Source: Catajapyx aquilonaris (lineage: Eukaryota). From it: DNA of 48,990 bases. Where the stretch lies: positions 1 to 48,990 of the forward strand of contig KZ538767.1 of NCBI GenBank assembly GCA_000934665.2, written 5' to 3'. Below, piece by piece: positions 38,495 through 48,990 of this stretch. Position numbers and translations under genes: made by a program. The notes under the pieces are model-generated. The model had not been told where the DNA came from, did not search any database, and saw only the letters and a program-made list of their open reading frames with translations. Each line of letters starts with the position of its first letter. Position 1 is the first letter of the stretch.

Positions 38495-38859
38495 CAGGGA
38501 GCATATACTACATAAGAGGCGCAAACTTCTGTCGACGCCTTTGATGTTCGCGTCTCTCTGTTTGGGGCGTTGCCAAGGCTGGCGGCCATTTTGAAGTGTG
38601 TGTGGAACGCCAACAAGGTATAAATAGGGTACAGGCAAAAATACGGTCCGCCATCTTTGATGGTTTTGGCGGCCATGGCAACTCCACGGCAAAAACACGC
38701 GCGAATCAAAGATGGCGGACCCTATTTTTGCCTGTACCCTATTTATACCTCGTTGGCGTTCCACACACTTCAAAATGGCCGCCAGCCTTGGCAACGCCAT
38801 AAGCAGAGAGACGCGGAAATCGAATGTTTGCGCCTCTTATGTGGTATATATGCTCCCTG
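38495..38859. mobile_element. Long-TIR palindromic MITE
   Basis: CAGGGAGCATATACTACATAAGAGGCGCAAAC...GTTTGCGCCTCTTATGTGGTATATATGCTCCCTG; arms ~150-165 bp. Confidence 0.88.
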
Positions 38860-38976
38860 ACCAAATCATGTGATTTGCCAATCTTGTTTCTATAGATACG
38901 TAATTTCATAAACAACCATCCCACAATCACATCAGCTGACCTTGCTATTAGAATTGGGCAACACCATTCACTCAGG

Positions 38977-39950
38977 TAGCCTAGTCTTGTGGTTAGGTGT
39001 TCATGCTATCATACCGTATTACCTCACATAAAGCGGCATGTTGGTGTAACCAAGGTCAACCAGTTTTTAGAAATGCAAGATCTGGTGGCTATACCCGCAT
39101 GCTGGTATAGGGCGAGGTATGCTGGTATAAGGCGAGGTTTTCTTAAACACAGCATTATCATGATCTCTGTGAAAATTATTACTACTCAAATGAATGAATT
39201 ACACCATTTTCTACGGTGCAGATACAGCCCAGGACACTTCTATTGCCTGACACATCCCATAAGATCGTTCGTTAAGTTCTTTCATGGCAACATTTTCATA
39301 TAAAAGTGCAAGGCTGCAAGGGAAGCATACCTACCAGGATATTTCACACGTTGGGTTTGGATTTTATTATCTGAGTAACGAGGGTTCTCAGACAAATTGA
39401 TACCACCACACAAAGTGATCCTCTCATTGCCAAGGAGATCTGAGACCATCGAACTATTGAGCAAAACGAAGGACTGAAGAAATTTCCCTTGATCCTTTGT
39501 AATGTTTAGGGGGGTTCCCCTCGCAGAGCAGGCTGAATATGGGATTGGTCACACTCTATACCCTGTGCAACAGATGAACTTGTATATTCTCACAACCCTG
39601 TAGGCCTGTAGTCACACATTTTTCACCATAACATTGTTTTTAGTACAGTACCATATGCATTCCAGAAAATTCGACAAGGATCAAAATTATGGAAATCTAC
39701 CTTGGTTATTGAGGCATGCCGACCTCCCCCGGGTTATACCTGCATGCTGGTCGACCTCGTTTTATACAAGCATGCCGCTTTATGTGAGGCAATACGGTAC
39801 GAAGTTCCAGGTTCAATTGCCAATGCTGACCAGCCTGATTGGGGTTTTCTCTGGTTGCTACCAGAAGATTTCTGGGAGGGTTTCCATATTTTGGAGTGGT
39901 CACAGCTGCTTCTTTCCACCCTATCCCTTTCCTTAATTCCATGCCATATA
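38977..39950 (+). mobile_element. Old tRNA-derived SINE split by a DNA transposon
   Basis: A-box-like half TAGCCTAGTCTTGTGGTTAGGTG at 38977-39011; B-box-like half GTTCCAGGTTCAATTGCC and body GGTCACAGCTGCTTCTTTCC resume at 39800. Confidence 0.65.
39014..39797. mobile_element. Non-autonomous pogo/Tc1-type DNA transposon
   Basis: TA|CCGTATTACCTCACATAAAGCGGCATG...CATGCCGCTTTATGTGAGGCAATACGG|TA. Confidence 0.88.
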
Positions 39951-40160
39951 AGAAGTGGGCTATCATTATTGATCAGCTATGTCAGTATAATTATTCATAC
40001 TTAGAAAAATGTGAGCCAGCTGGCTTCTTCCACTTTCATTTACCTGAACCAGTACTATAAGTATACAGTGGCAATAATTTGGGATCATGTTCCTCTCTAA
40101 TAACTACTTTGAATACCAAAAAAAACAACCTCAAAATATTTACAAACACATGTAACAAAT

Positions 40161-40166
40161 TTTATT
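40161..40166 (-). terminator. Candidate polyadenylation signal AATAAA of PPP2R3C
   Basis: AATAAA 18 nt after the stop codon, followed by a GT/T-rich downstream tract. Confidence 0.6.
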
Positions 40167-40184
40167 TCAGCTTCAAAGAAATAA

Positions 40185-40296
40185 TTAAACATCAGCACCT
40201 TCTTCATTAGGATCTGTGACGAGGATCTCCCTGTTTTCATAGGTCCAGAACCCGTTGAGATCCATAAGTATGCTTACTACAGTATCACCCTGCCCA
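40185..40296 (-). CDS. PPP2R3C: PP2A regulatory subunit B'' gamma, last coding exon
   Basis: ctacag|T GGG...(S)GQGDTVVSILMDLNGFWTYENREILVTDPNEEGADV*; DLNGFWTYENRE is the conserved C-terminal motif. Confidence 0.95.
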
Positions 40297-40373
40297 CTGT
40301 AGAGTAAAATTATAGGTTTGAGTATTAAAATATTAAAATACAATAAATTATGGGACAATTGCTCAACACATAC

Positions 40374-40501
40374 CTATTGTTCAAATCCTTCAGAGTAATT
40401 CTTGTCATATCAGCTGGTCTGACCATATCAAATATCTCATCCTTCACATCCTCAAAAATAACTGGCTCTTGCCCATGGACTTTCATCTGATCCTGAATTG
40501 C
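40374..40501 (-). CDS. PPP2R3C: PP2A regulatory subunit B'' gamma, coding exon
   Basis: ttacag|AIQDQMKVHGQEPVIFEDVKDEIFDMVRPADMTRITLKDLNN-AG|gtatgt; phase 2. Confidence 0.95.
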
Positions 40502-40803
40502 CTGTAAATAAATATAGCATAACATTCAATGAGATAAAATAACTTCAGAACAAAATGTTGATCAAAAATCACACAACTTCTACTCGTATTTTTTAGTGCA
40601 CAATAAAATGCATTAGCATATCCATGTTCCCAGCTCACCCTACACACCTTCTGATACCCATAACTGATGCAAGATCACCAAGGGCAGAATTCAAATACGT
40701 TGGTTAACTTATATGGGCCCATTTAAATTAGTTAGTCATCAGCGACTATCAAATTTCATCATCATCTGATTCAAGGACAGCACCAAGTCTTAAATGCTCC
40801 TAA

Positions 40804-40931
40804 TGGCCGGTTTCACCGAGCCCAGTTTTGATTTTTTTTAAACGTTCTTTCGGAAAATCCCTGCAAATGGAATAGGGATTTTCCAAAAGAACCGGGGTTT
40901 TTATCAAAACTGGGCTCGGTGAAACCGGCCA
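40804..40931. mobile_element. PIF/Harbinger-type MITE
   Basis: TAA|TGGCCGGTTTCACCGAGCCCAGTTTTGAT...ATCAAAACTGGGCTCGGTGAAACCGGCCA|TAA. Confidence 0.9.
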
Positions 40932-41210
40932 TAAGTGTGCTTGACTAACATGCAAGGAGATTTTAACAGAGGGGAAGGGGGTTGTTTAGGGACTGGGACA
41001 AGGAAAGATGGCCGATTCATCTGCTGATTTCCGCAGTATAACTGGTATCACCCGTCCCAGATTTTGGACCTCAAGTGCTTGAAAAATCTATGGTTGCGGG
41101 CCTACCTGGCCCGGAATACTTTTCTGGTGCTCCTACAGGACAAGATCTTGCGGAATAAACACAGATTCGTGTAGGAAATGGCATACACACTGGCGAAATT
41201 GCTGCTCTAT

Positions 41211-41985
41211 TAGTCCAGGCCCTAAGCGTCTTAACCTTGCATTTTGGGATAAGAAGGTGCCACTTGGCACATATGTTCCTTAGGCCTATAGGAGCAATTC
41301 CAGAGTTGCAGGCAACAGATCGGCCCCTTAGGTCACGAGTTATGCGGTGTTGCCAACATGGCCGGGGATGACCTGAGCGTTTTTAACGTTGCATTTTGTG
41401 ATAAGAAGGTGCCGCTTGGCACATATGTTCCCTAGGCCTGTAGGAGTCGTTTGAGACATGGCGGCACTTGATCGGCTCCTTAGGTCAGGAGTTATGCGGT
41501 TATCCTTAGGTTCCGGACCAGGTTGGCAACACCGCATAACTCCTGACCTAAAGAGCCGATAAAGTGCCGCCATCTCTCAAATGGATCCTATACACCTAGG
41601 GAACATGTCTGCCAAGTGGCACCTTCTCATCACAAAGTGCCGAGTTAAAATGCTTAGTTCCCTGATCAGGTTGGCAACACCGCATAACTCGTGACCTAAG
41701 GGGCCGATCAGTTGCCTGCAACTCTGAAATTGCTCCTATAGGCCTAAGGAGCATATGTGCCAAGTGGCACCTTCTTATCCCAAAATGCAAAGTTAAAAAT
41801 GGTACAAAACGCTTAGGTCCAGGACCAGGTTGGCAACACCGCATAACTCCTGACCTAAGGAGCCGATCAAGTGGCGCCATGTCTCAAACGACTCCTACAG
41901 GCCTAGGGAACATATGTGCCAAGCGGCACCTTCTTATCACAAAATGCAAGGTTAGGCCTGATTTTTGCGCTTAGGGCCCGGACTA
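41211..41985. mobile_element. Foldback element built from ~150-bp modules
   Basis: TAT|TAGTCCAGGCCCTAAGCG...CGCTTAGGGCCCGGACTA|TAT; two forward and three inverted copies of the module TTGCATTTTG.GATAAGAAGGTGCC.CTTGGCACATATG...GAGTTATGCGGT. Confidence 0.88.
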
Positions 41986-42373
41986 TATAGGGGAACCAGG
42001 AAAAAGACTGCGGGGTCATGTAGGTTTTCCCAACTCTTCAGCCCCTCCTCCCCACCACCTCGTCCACTGTTGACCCTGAAGAAAAGAACAGTAGCCAGGT
42101 AGGTATTTTTTTTTCAACATGGATGTGGTGTATTCCGGGTTCCCTTTGCGTCTGGCAACTCTACTTCAAAACCGCCAGAAAACTCATGCAGTTTTTTCCT
42201 GGGCCAACTATATCACAAGCGACACAGGTCAAACCATTGAGTGGGACCTCCCTGACTGCCCTGCACTTTTATCGTAGAGACCTGGCACTCCACACGACTG
42301 GACAAAAAACTGTCTGGATTTTCTTAGCCAGCCATGTGCTGCATTTGGTTTGCCTCCATGGCACCATATTTAA

Positions 42374-43402
42374 GGTGGAAATGAAGCTCGAGTCACTTAA
42401 TGAGAATTTTATGAAAAAAACATATGTTACGCAGTTTCGTGTCCTCTTATCAATGGGGCAAAGAAAAATACACGTCACCGTGCAAATTAGCGAACTGGAG
42501 GGCTCAGAAGTTCGCGATTTAACATGGGCCCTTATGGCAGAATTTTCAATAGTCCACAAAAAAATCATAATTAAATGAGAATTTTAAAATTTAATGTGGA
42601 ATATGTCGGGAATTATATACTGATCGTAACCGCAAAAAGAAAAACCTACCTCACCGTGCTCTTTCAATTTGTATTGCTGAAAAACGATCCGAAAATGATC
42701 CAGTGACATCACATTGCTCCACTCGAGTGAGGCAGTGGCAACACAGCGCTGTTTACGGTAGCGAGATACGGTTGCATACAACCGCGAAATATGAGTACAT
42801 GTTAGTATGATGGTTTTTACAATGGCTCACACAGGATTTTCGTTTGGCGGGGGTGTTTGTCAGACGTCAGAACCATTATATTAGTTTATATAGTTATAAT
42901 TATTATAATATAATAATCGAATGATTCGAATCCACCCGGCAATGATGTCACATACTGCTACGCGATAATTGGCCCGGACCTTTGCTGCGTTGCCGCTTCT
43001 ATCTGTCACACGCGTACCAACTGAACGTGTTCCAAATCCGACACAAATGAAGAGCTACAGGCTCCCCTTTCGGAACTAAACTTTTAAAAATGCCATGACA
43101 AATTGGGACCTCGTAATTACGACCGAATAAAATCGATTTCCATCAAAAATAAAAAATATTAAGCACATCTCCAAATACCATGGTAAAGTTGGCAGTCGTG
43201 AAAATTGCGCCTGCGCACAAAAACTTGCCGCCGGTAATGGGCCCATATTAAATCGAGTTTAAAGGCAGATTCGAATGGAATGCATAGGATTGAACAGCAT
43301 TTACTGCTGCATCGGTTGCGTATGTTTCCCTGATTTTAGCCCTTCTTATTAACATTCCAATTCTAGACTCTCATTTGATTAGCAAGTCGCTTCATTTCCA
43401 CC
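42374..43402. mobile_element. Kolobok-like non-autonomous element
   Basis: TTAA|GGTGGAAATGAAGC...GCTTCATTTCCACC|TTAA; subterminal inverted motif CGATTTAACATGGGCCC / GGGCCCATATTAAATCG. Confidence 0.8.
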
Positions 43403-43577
43403 TTAATCACGCAGTGGGGGCCGATCTGGTGGGAGGGGGGATGGGTAGAAAAAGTAGTGGGAGGAGGTAGAGGTGGGCAGGTCAGGGGGCATAATAAAAG
43501 GGTGCAAGACACTAAGACAGTGATACCAACTTGTGCCATTTGTGTATCTAGTCAGCCTCATTTAAAGATTTCTCTAT

Positions 43578-44118
43578 GAGTACGTTTACATGGGACTAAA
43601 AATCGGCCTGACCCAGGCTTCCTAAGCAAGGCCTATCTACGCAAAGCCTGCTCCCACTTTTGCCACTGCTACATGGGACTGACTATACCGGGCACTACAT
43701 GGGACCGAGGGGGTGAGCCGCCCGAAAATAGTCCCTACCATGCCGGGCCATACTCCGCTCCTCACAGCAAAATGTGCAATATGTGTAGCTCTGCAGCTAC
43801 CGCATGGGCTGCCCATGATAATTAGGCAGTTGAATTACATGTACCAGCACTGTTTATTCGAGAAAGCCACAGATACGGGGGGGGACTATTTTCGCGGCCT
43901 CTAGTCCACTCAGAAGCAAGTCCTGAGCTGTTCACTAGTAGCCAATCACCGCCATCGCCTTAGGTAGACCACCCGTCCCAAAAGGCTTGGGCTGCGCCCG
44001 ACAACGGATCAGATAAGGCCGGTCTATCGTAGGCCCAGCGGCTACATGGGAGTAAACCGGTTTGCCTAGCATAGGCGGCCGTAGCTAGGCCGATTTTTAG
44101 TCCCATGTAAACGTACTC
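43578..44118. mobile_element. Harbinger-like non-autonomous element
   Basis: TAT|GAGTACGTTTACATGGGACTAAAAATCGGCCT...AGGCCGATTTTTAGTCCCATGTAAACGTACTC|TAT; 32-bp TIR; 3-bp TSD. Confidence 0.88.
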
Positions 44119-44233
44119 TATGAGAGGTTGGTTGGAAACTTTCAAAATGCCAAGAGTTACACACCCTCTAATCAAGCAATTATGACCATCTCTCTGAATT
44201 GTACACCAGGTGTTCAACCTCCTAACTGATTAA

Positions 44234-45124
44234 AGGACATGGGTTAAATCCTTATGGAAAAGTGCCCCCAGTTGGATTTGGCTGAAACTTGGTCAGTTAA
44301 TAGACCTTGTCCTCAGGGTCAATTGTTCTCAAGGCCGAAGAAAATCTACCGTGCCGTTTGGCCGCTAAAGGCGCTGAAAGTCGGAAATTCAAAGTTGTCC
44401 GATCTTGGTGAAAATGATGCACACTGTAGAGTTTGATGAGCTGAGTCGAATTCGCCATGGGATAATTTTCTCTTACAAACCATTTGACCGCAATACGGAT
44501 AAATTAGACGTCAACATCGGGCCTTTAACTGGGACTATAAGGGTGGATTGTAAAGACGGAGTTTAAACAGCGCCTCAATTAGATCACGGTTTAAACCAGG
44601 GTTCCGTTTGTAAAGACGGGGATTAGCCTTGAGACAGGGTTCAAAACCACGGTCTAACTCAGACCACCTTCGAGGGTGGTTTAAACTGGGTTCAGACGGC
44701 AAAATGAAGTCGGATGGGCTCGATTACGACCGTGACCTTCGCCTTCTGCAGCAATTGAAGAGTCGACCAGCTCGCTGTAGCGTCGTGCACCTCCGGATTT
44801 TGCATTGACCCTACAGAATAGTACACTACAATACACCTCATTACAGATATAAAACTAAAACTAACTTATAACTACCAAATGGTTTGTCAGACAATTGTCC
44901 CATAGCGCATTCGACTCAGCTCACAAAACTACAGTATGCGTCATTTTCACCAAGATTGGACAACTTTGAAATTGCGACTTTCAGCGCCTCTAGCGGCCAA
45001 ACGGCACAGTAGATTTTCTTCTGCCTTCAGAACAATTGACCCTGAGGAAAAGGTCTATTAACTGACCAAGTTTCAGCCAAATCCAACTGAGGGTACTTTT
45101 ACATAAGGATTTAACCCATGTCCT
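44234..45124. mobile_element. Long-TIR (~250 bp) Kolobok-like element
   Basis: TTAA|AGGACATGGGTTAAATCCTTATG...CATAAGGATTTAACCCATGTCCT; arms ~44234-44487 and ~44876-45124; right TSD degenerate. Confidence 0.85.
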
Positions 45125-45160
45125 TTCTACACAAATAAGCCCCATTAAAAAAAAACTCAC

Positions 45161-45511
45161 CCTGAAGAAGTAGTTCAGCACAAAGACATCCAGATAGCCA
45201 CAATGATTTATGTCGAATACTCTGAAAAAGTACTGCAGTGCCTGTGGCTCCTTCCTGTTGTCAAGAGCAAGTACAAAGTCCAAATAGGTTTTGTAGTCCA
45301 TTTCTCCATCATACGTGAGACACTCTTGGAAAACTCTGTCGATGAAGACAGAGGTGAGGGTGCCTGTTCCATATCTAGAGAGCTCTTCTTTGCTAAGCAT
45401 CCCATTGTGGTCTTTGTCCAAGTTCAGATACTGGCCATATACACGTAGGGCTGACGGGGCAGAAAACCAATTGGCCTCCTGGAGGTCCTTTGGAAGCTCC
45501 TCATCTCGCAG
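45161..45511 (-). CDS. PPP2R3C: PP2A regulatory subunit B'' gamma, EF-hand exon
   Basis: ttacag|LRDEELPKDLQEANWFSAPSALRVYGQYLNLDKDHNGMLSKEEL...FQECLTYDGEMDYKTYLDFVLAL...LNYFFR|gtgagt. Confidence 0.97.
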
Positions 45512-46069
45512 CTGTAATTAAAGCTCATTGTATTAATAAAATATGAGTGACTTAGAAGTGAGGCAAACTGGGTTGAGTTTTATTAATTCAAGTAGTGTTG
45601 ATTAAGTTAACTGATTTCATGCCAGCTCATGGGTTTGTATATTATTATGATACACTCAATGCAACGCAATGGCTCCAACACGCATGATGGTGGAGCAGCA
45701 GAGACTGTCATTGTTGATTGCATGATCCCATTGTGGATATCTACGTAAATAGCTTCCCCAATTATTTACATTGTTCTTACTGACTGTGAGGGCTCAGCCA
45801 GGGTGTTTATTACATTTTGCTCATTAATTTGTATTGATGAGGTTGTCTACACTGCAAATCATGTGCTGACTATGTGCTATGTCGTAGATAGCACAAGGTG
45901 CTCTAGTTAGCATAATTATGGGGCACTGTTATGTTACCCTCTTGATGTAAGGACCTGTCAGCAGATCAAGTATCACTGGCCCTTCCATAGTCACCTCTGA
46001 CAGAAATACTGATGCAGAAAATGCTTCCTAGAAGTCACACTCCTGCCATGAGGTGGCAATAGAAACAAT

Positions 46070-46132
46070 GGGTCGAATTTTCGTCCCACTGCTAACTTAG
46101 CAGTAACTAGGAGTGGGACGAAAATTCCACCC
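46070..46132. mobile_element. Very small Harbinger-like hairpin MITE
   Basis: AAT|GGGTCGAATTTTCGTCCCACT...AGTGGGACGAAAATTCCACCC|AAT. Confidence 0.7.
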
Positions 46133-46210
46133 AATGCAATGTTAGGATGGGTGGAAGTTAGTTACTTATGGTGTTCAGAAATGGAGGAAAGTCCCTTACT
46201 TCAGACCACT

Positions 46211-46570
46211 TTTTTTTTTTCTTCTTTTTTTTAAAATACCCCGTGCTAGGCATCAAAGGCCTCTTTGGGGGGTGGCACACCACCATCAGTTTTCTCTGTG
46301 TTTTAACACTTTTCTTCAATCACCGGTGCAAGGAGTCAAGGATGTCGGGTAGGGGTAGGGATTTTTTGGGGAGGGAACATAGGTGCAAGTGCAATGTCTA
46401 CAAATGGGTCATGTGCTGTCCCCTAGGAGGTTAGGTTGCCAGACACCTCCTTGGTGCAGGTCAGAGACCCTCCTGACGCAGGTGAAAGGAAAGTTCCCCA
46501 GGCGGGGATCGAACCTGGGGCCTTTCACTCAGCAAGCCATGACTTTACCATCACTGCCACCACACCTCCC
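46211..46570 (-). mobile_element. tRNA-derived SINE, family B (intronic)
   Basis: Homologous to 16231-16600; B-box GGTTCGATCCC; poly-A tail; imperfect TSD CTT(C/G)AGACCAC. Confidence 0.88.
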
Positions 46571-46659
46571 CTTGAGACCACATTTTGTAAGCATATGTTA
46601 AGCATTCTCGCTGCCAAGCCTATTCCTTTAGTTTTTAGTCAAGGCCTCGGAATTCTAAC

Positions 46660-46848
46660 CTCCAAAAGATCATCCAAGAAGTTGCACGCCAGAACATCCT
46701 GTATCTTGATCTTCCCAATTCGAAGTGGATCCAAAAAGAAAAAGAACTTTCGCACTGCAGTGCAGACATAAAATGAGTGGAATGACTTCTCCAGGCCATC
46801 TAGCTGAGGCAAGGTTGGGATCAGCTCCATTATGTAGTTCTCCAAGTC
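46660..46848 (-). CDS. PPP2R3C: PP2A regulatory subunit B'' gamma, coding exon (most 5' exon found)
   Basis: ttttgcag|DLENYIMELIPTLPQLDGLEKSFHSFYVCTAVRKFFFFLDPLRIGKIKIQDVLACNFLDDLLE|gttaga. Confidence 0.96.
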
Positions 46849-47471
46849 CTGCAAAAAAAAAATTATAATGCATCACCATAGCATACCACACGAATTTTAA
46901 AGTTTTTTGCAGAATCACAGAGTTACTCAAGTAATTAGCACTGTCAGATGCCTAAAATTAACTGAGGATACTGTTTCTTACAATTCACATTGCATGATAT
47001 CACTGACATTCAGGTTCATGTTAGTCCCTTGTGCTCAGGGGGTTTATTAATAAGTGACTTCTTCATAAGGGTATCAAGATGCACGGCAGTGCATCCCGCC
47101 AAGTCTAAGCCACTTCCACCGCCACTGACCCAAACCAATCGCCCCCTCCCTCCTGTACTCTTACGTCTCGCGCTGCCGTGCATCCTTTACTCGAGCTCCC
47201 TCGCTCTCTACACTTCGGCATTTTCTAGTTCCGCACAGGGAAATCCTGCAAGGCTGAAATTTTAATACGACAATGGGGCACACCCAGGGACCCTACAAAT
47301 AAATCGTCATTAAATTTGGACCACTGGGTCCAAGCCAGGAGAGGGCCCAAATATCCCTATTTTTGTCTGATTCATATAATATAGGGACGGTGATAATCAA
47401 AAAGATTGGCCAGTTCCAGTTATCGTACAGATCCCAAATTTTGTACAAAAATTAGCCCTTCTCTGAAATCA

Positions 47472-48218
47472 CCAGGAAAAGTCTAAAACCATAAGTCGCC
47501 CATGTTTGGACCACACTACAGCCATTCAAACACGAAAAAAATTCACAAAAAAAATACAACAATGACAATACTTGACATACGGTCTCCATAGTACCAACGT
47601 ATAACATTGTTGCATTGAGAATTCCAGGGGCTAGAAGTGTCTTTCTTTCCCTCTCTGTTCCGGTCTGTCATCAGGACCCTAATTCTTGATGTGTTGTATT
47701 TTCAACCCCTTCCCGCCTTGTGTGGCACTTGTCCGATTCCCCCAACTCAGGCCCCCACTATCATCCCTCCTTCAAGTCCTAACCTCATTGTGTGGGGAGA
47801 GGACCTCATATCAGCAGGGGCAGCTCGGCAGCTCTCTCGTCACATATCACCCGTTCTGTAAATTCTGAATGAATAATATATAATCTGATTTGAACCCCTG
47901 TTTGAACTTTGAACTCTCATTCTTGTATCCTTCCTACGGAACGTACGTCCAATCTGAGCTAACTAAGTCTTACACATTGTTGTGGGTATGACACTATACT
48001 AACATTCAGTGTAACATCACACTTATCCCCCAGGAAAAGTCTAAAACCGTAAGTCGCCCATCTTGGGTCCAGACTGCAGCCATTCAAACACAATTTTTTT
48101 TTAAAAAAAATGCAACAATGCCAATACATGATATATGGTCTCCATAGTACCAATGTATTGACATTGTTGCAAAGAGAATTCTAGAGGCTAGACGTGTCTT
48201 TCTCTCACTCCCTGTTCC
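47472..48218. repeat. ~190-bp direct repeat pair (47472-47661, 48029-48218)
   Basis: CCAGGAAAAGTCTAAAACC.TAAGTCGCCCAT...GGTCTCCATAGTACCAA...GCTAGA.GTGTCTTTCT in both copies. Confidence 0.85.
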
Positions 48219-48990
48219 AGTTGGCTTGGTTAACGGTGCAGTTGGGCCTGTACTCACTGCCAGTGTTACATACCACCCCGATTAGCCACTAAAAGTTAAA
48301 TCCGTAAGAATTGAATTTTCAATTGGTCAAGAGTTAATACTGGTTAAAACCGATCAAGAGCAAATTTCAAATTATGGCAAACGCATTCATCCATAGGAAA
48401 CAGTTCCCCTGCATCACGATTCATAAGAGCCAGGGTTTGAGCTTAGACATTATGAGCATTGGCTCGTCACTTTTCTGTTGTGGTGAAGCGCATGTGGCCT
48501 TGTCTCGAGTCAAAAAAAATTGGATGGAATTCATCTAACCAACTTTGATCCCACTCAAGTTAAAGCTAACGATAAAGCCATTTAACGGAAAATAACAGAC
48601 TAACTGTAAGACTTAAATTCAGGCGGGACCTTTGCAGTTTCCAATTCACTCGTTTTAAGAGGCTCGTCGTGGACAATACTCAAGGTGAATGCAGCGCCAA
48701 TAGATTCTCAGGACAAGGCCATTGGCCATACTCCGAGGCAGCTATTCTTGTTATATACACCCAACAATTGACGTTACTTTCTTCGTGTCATTCTTTAATT
48801 CAACCTTGATTCAACCTAACAAAAAGTAGTGAGATCCCACTCAAAAACGCAGTCGTAAAAAAGCGCCAAGTCTTCCGCCGAAAAAAAACCCTGTGAGATG
48901 GTGTCTGGGTGCCAAGCCTTGTCCACTCCGCCGTACAAAGTCGTGAGATCGTGGTGGACGCCAAGCCTTTCTTCGAGGCTATAAGCTAAG

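Noticed and set aside
38489..38930. Cluster of similar ORFs on both strands
   Set aside because: Produced by the palindromic MITE; the same applies to ORFs at 546-1278 and 41340-41880
41231..41953. Constant/variable repeat units superficially like a CRISPR array
   Set aside because: Units are ~150 bp, occur in both orientations, reuse the same variable cores, and sit inside TIRs in a eukaryotic intron with no cas genes
46849..48990. Search for further upstream PPP2R3C exons
   Set aside because: None recognised by eye; presumed to lie beyond the window

Overview
Eukaryotic, AT-rich, repeat-dense genomic DNA, most consistent with a large-genome insect (inferred from tRNA-derived SINEs, mariner/maT relics, Helitron-like ends and a Star-like gene). 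Two spliced protein-coding genes lie on the minus strand. (1) The 3' four coding exons of PPP2R3C (PP2A regulatory subunit B'' gamma; 46848-40185); the 5' exons were not found in the window. (2) A complete Star-like/FkbM (Methyltransf_21) type II membrane protein gene (34413-23575). The main finding is that the Star-like gene carries two homologous, intact terminal coding exons: proximal 26976-26797 (59 aa, missed by the ORF track) and distal 23766-23575. This predicts isoforms that swap the C-terminal part of the methyltransferase-like fold. The rest is transposon-derived: mariner and maT/Tc1 transposase relics, two SINE families sharing a 3' body, Helitron-like elements, and about a dozen MITE/foldback elements with readable TSDs, several of them nested. 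No prokaryotic-type systems (CRISPR etc.) are seen. Family assignments come from recognised motifs, not database searches.
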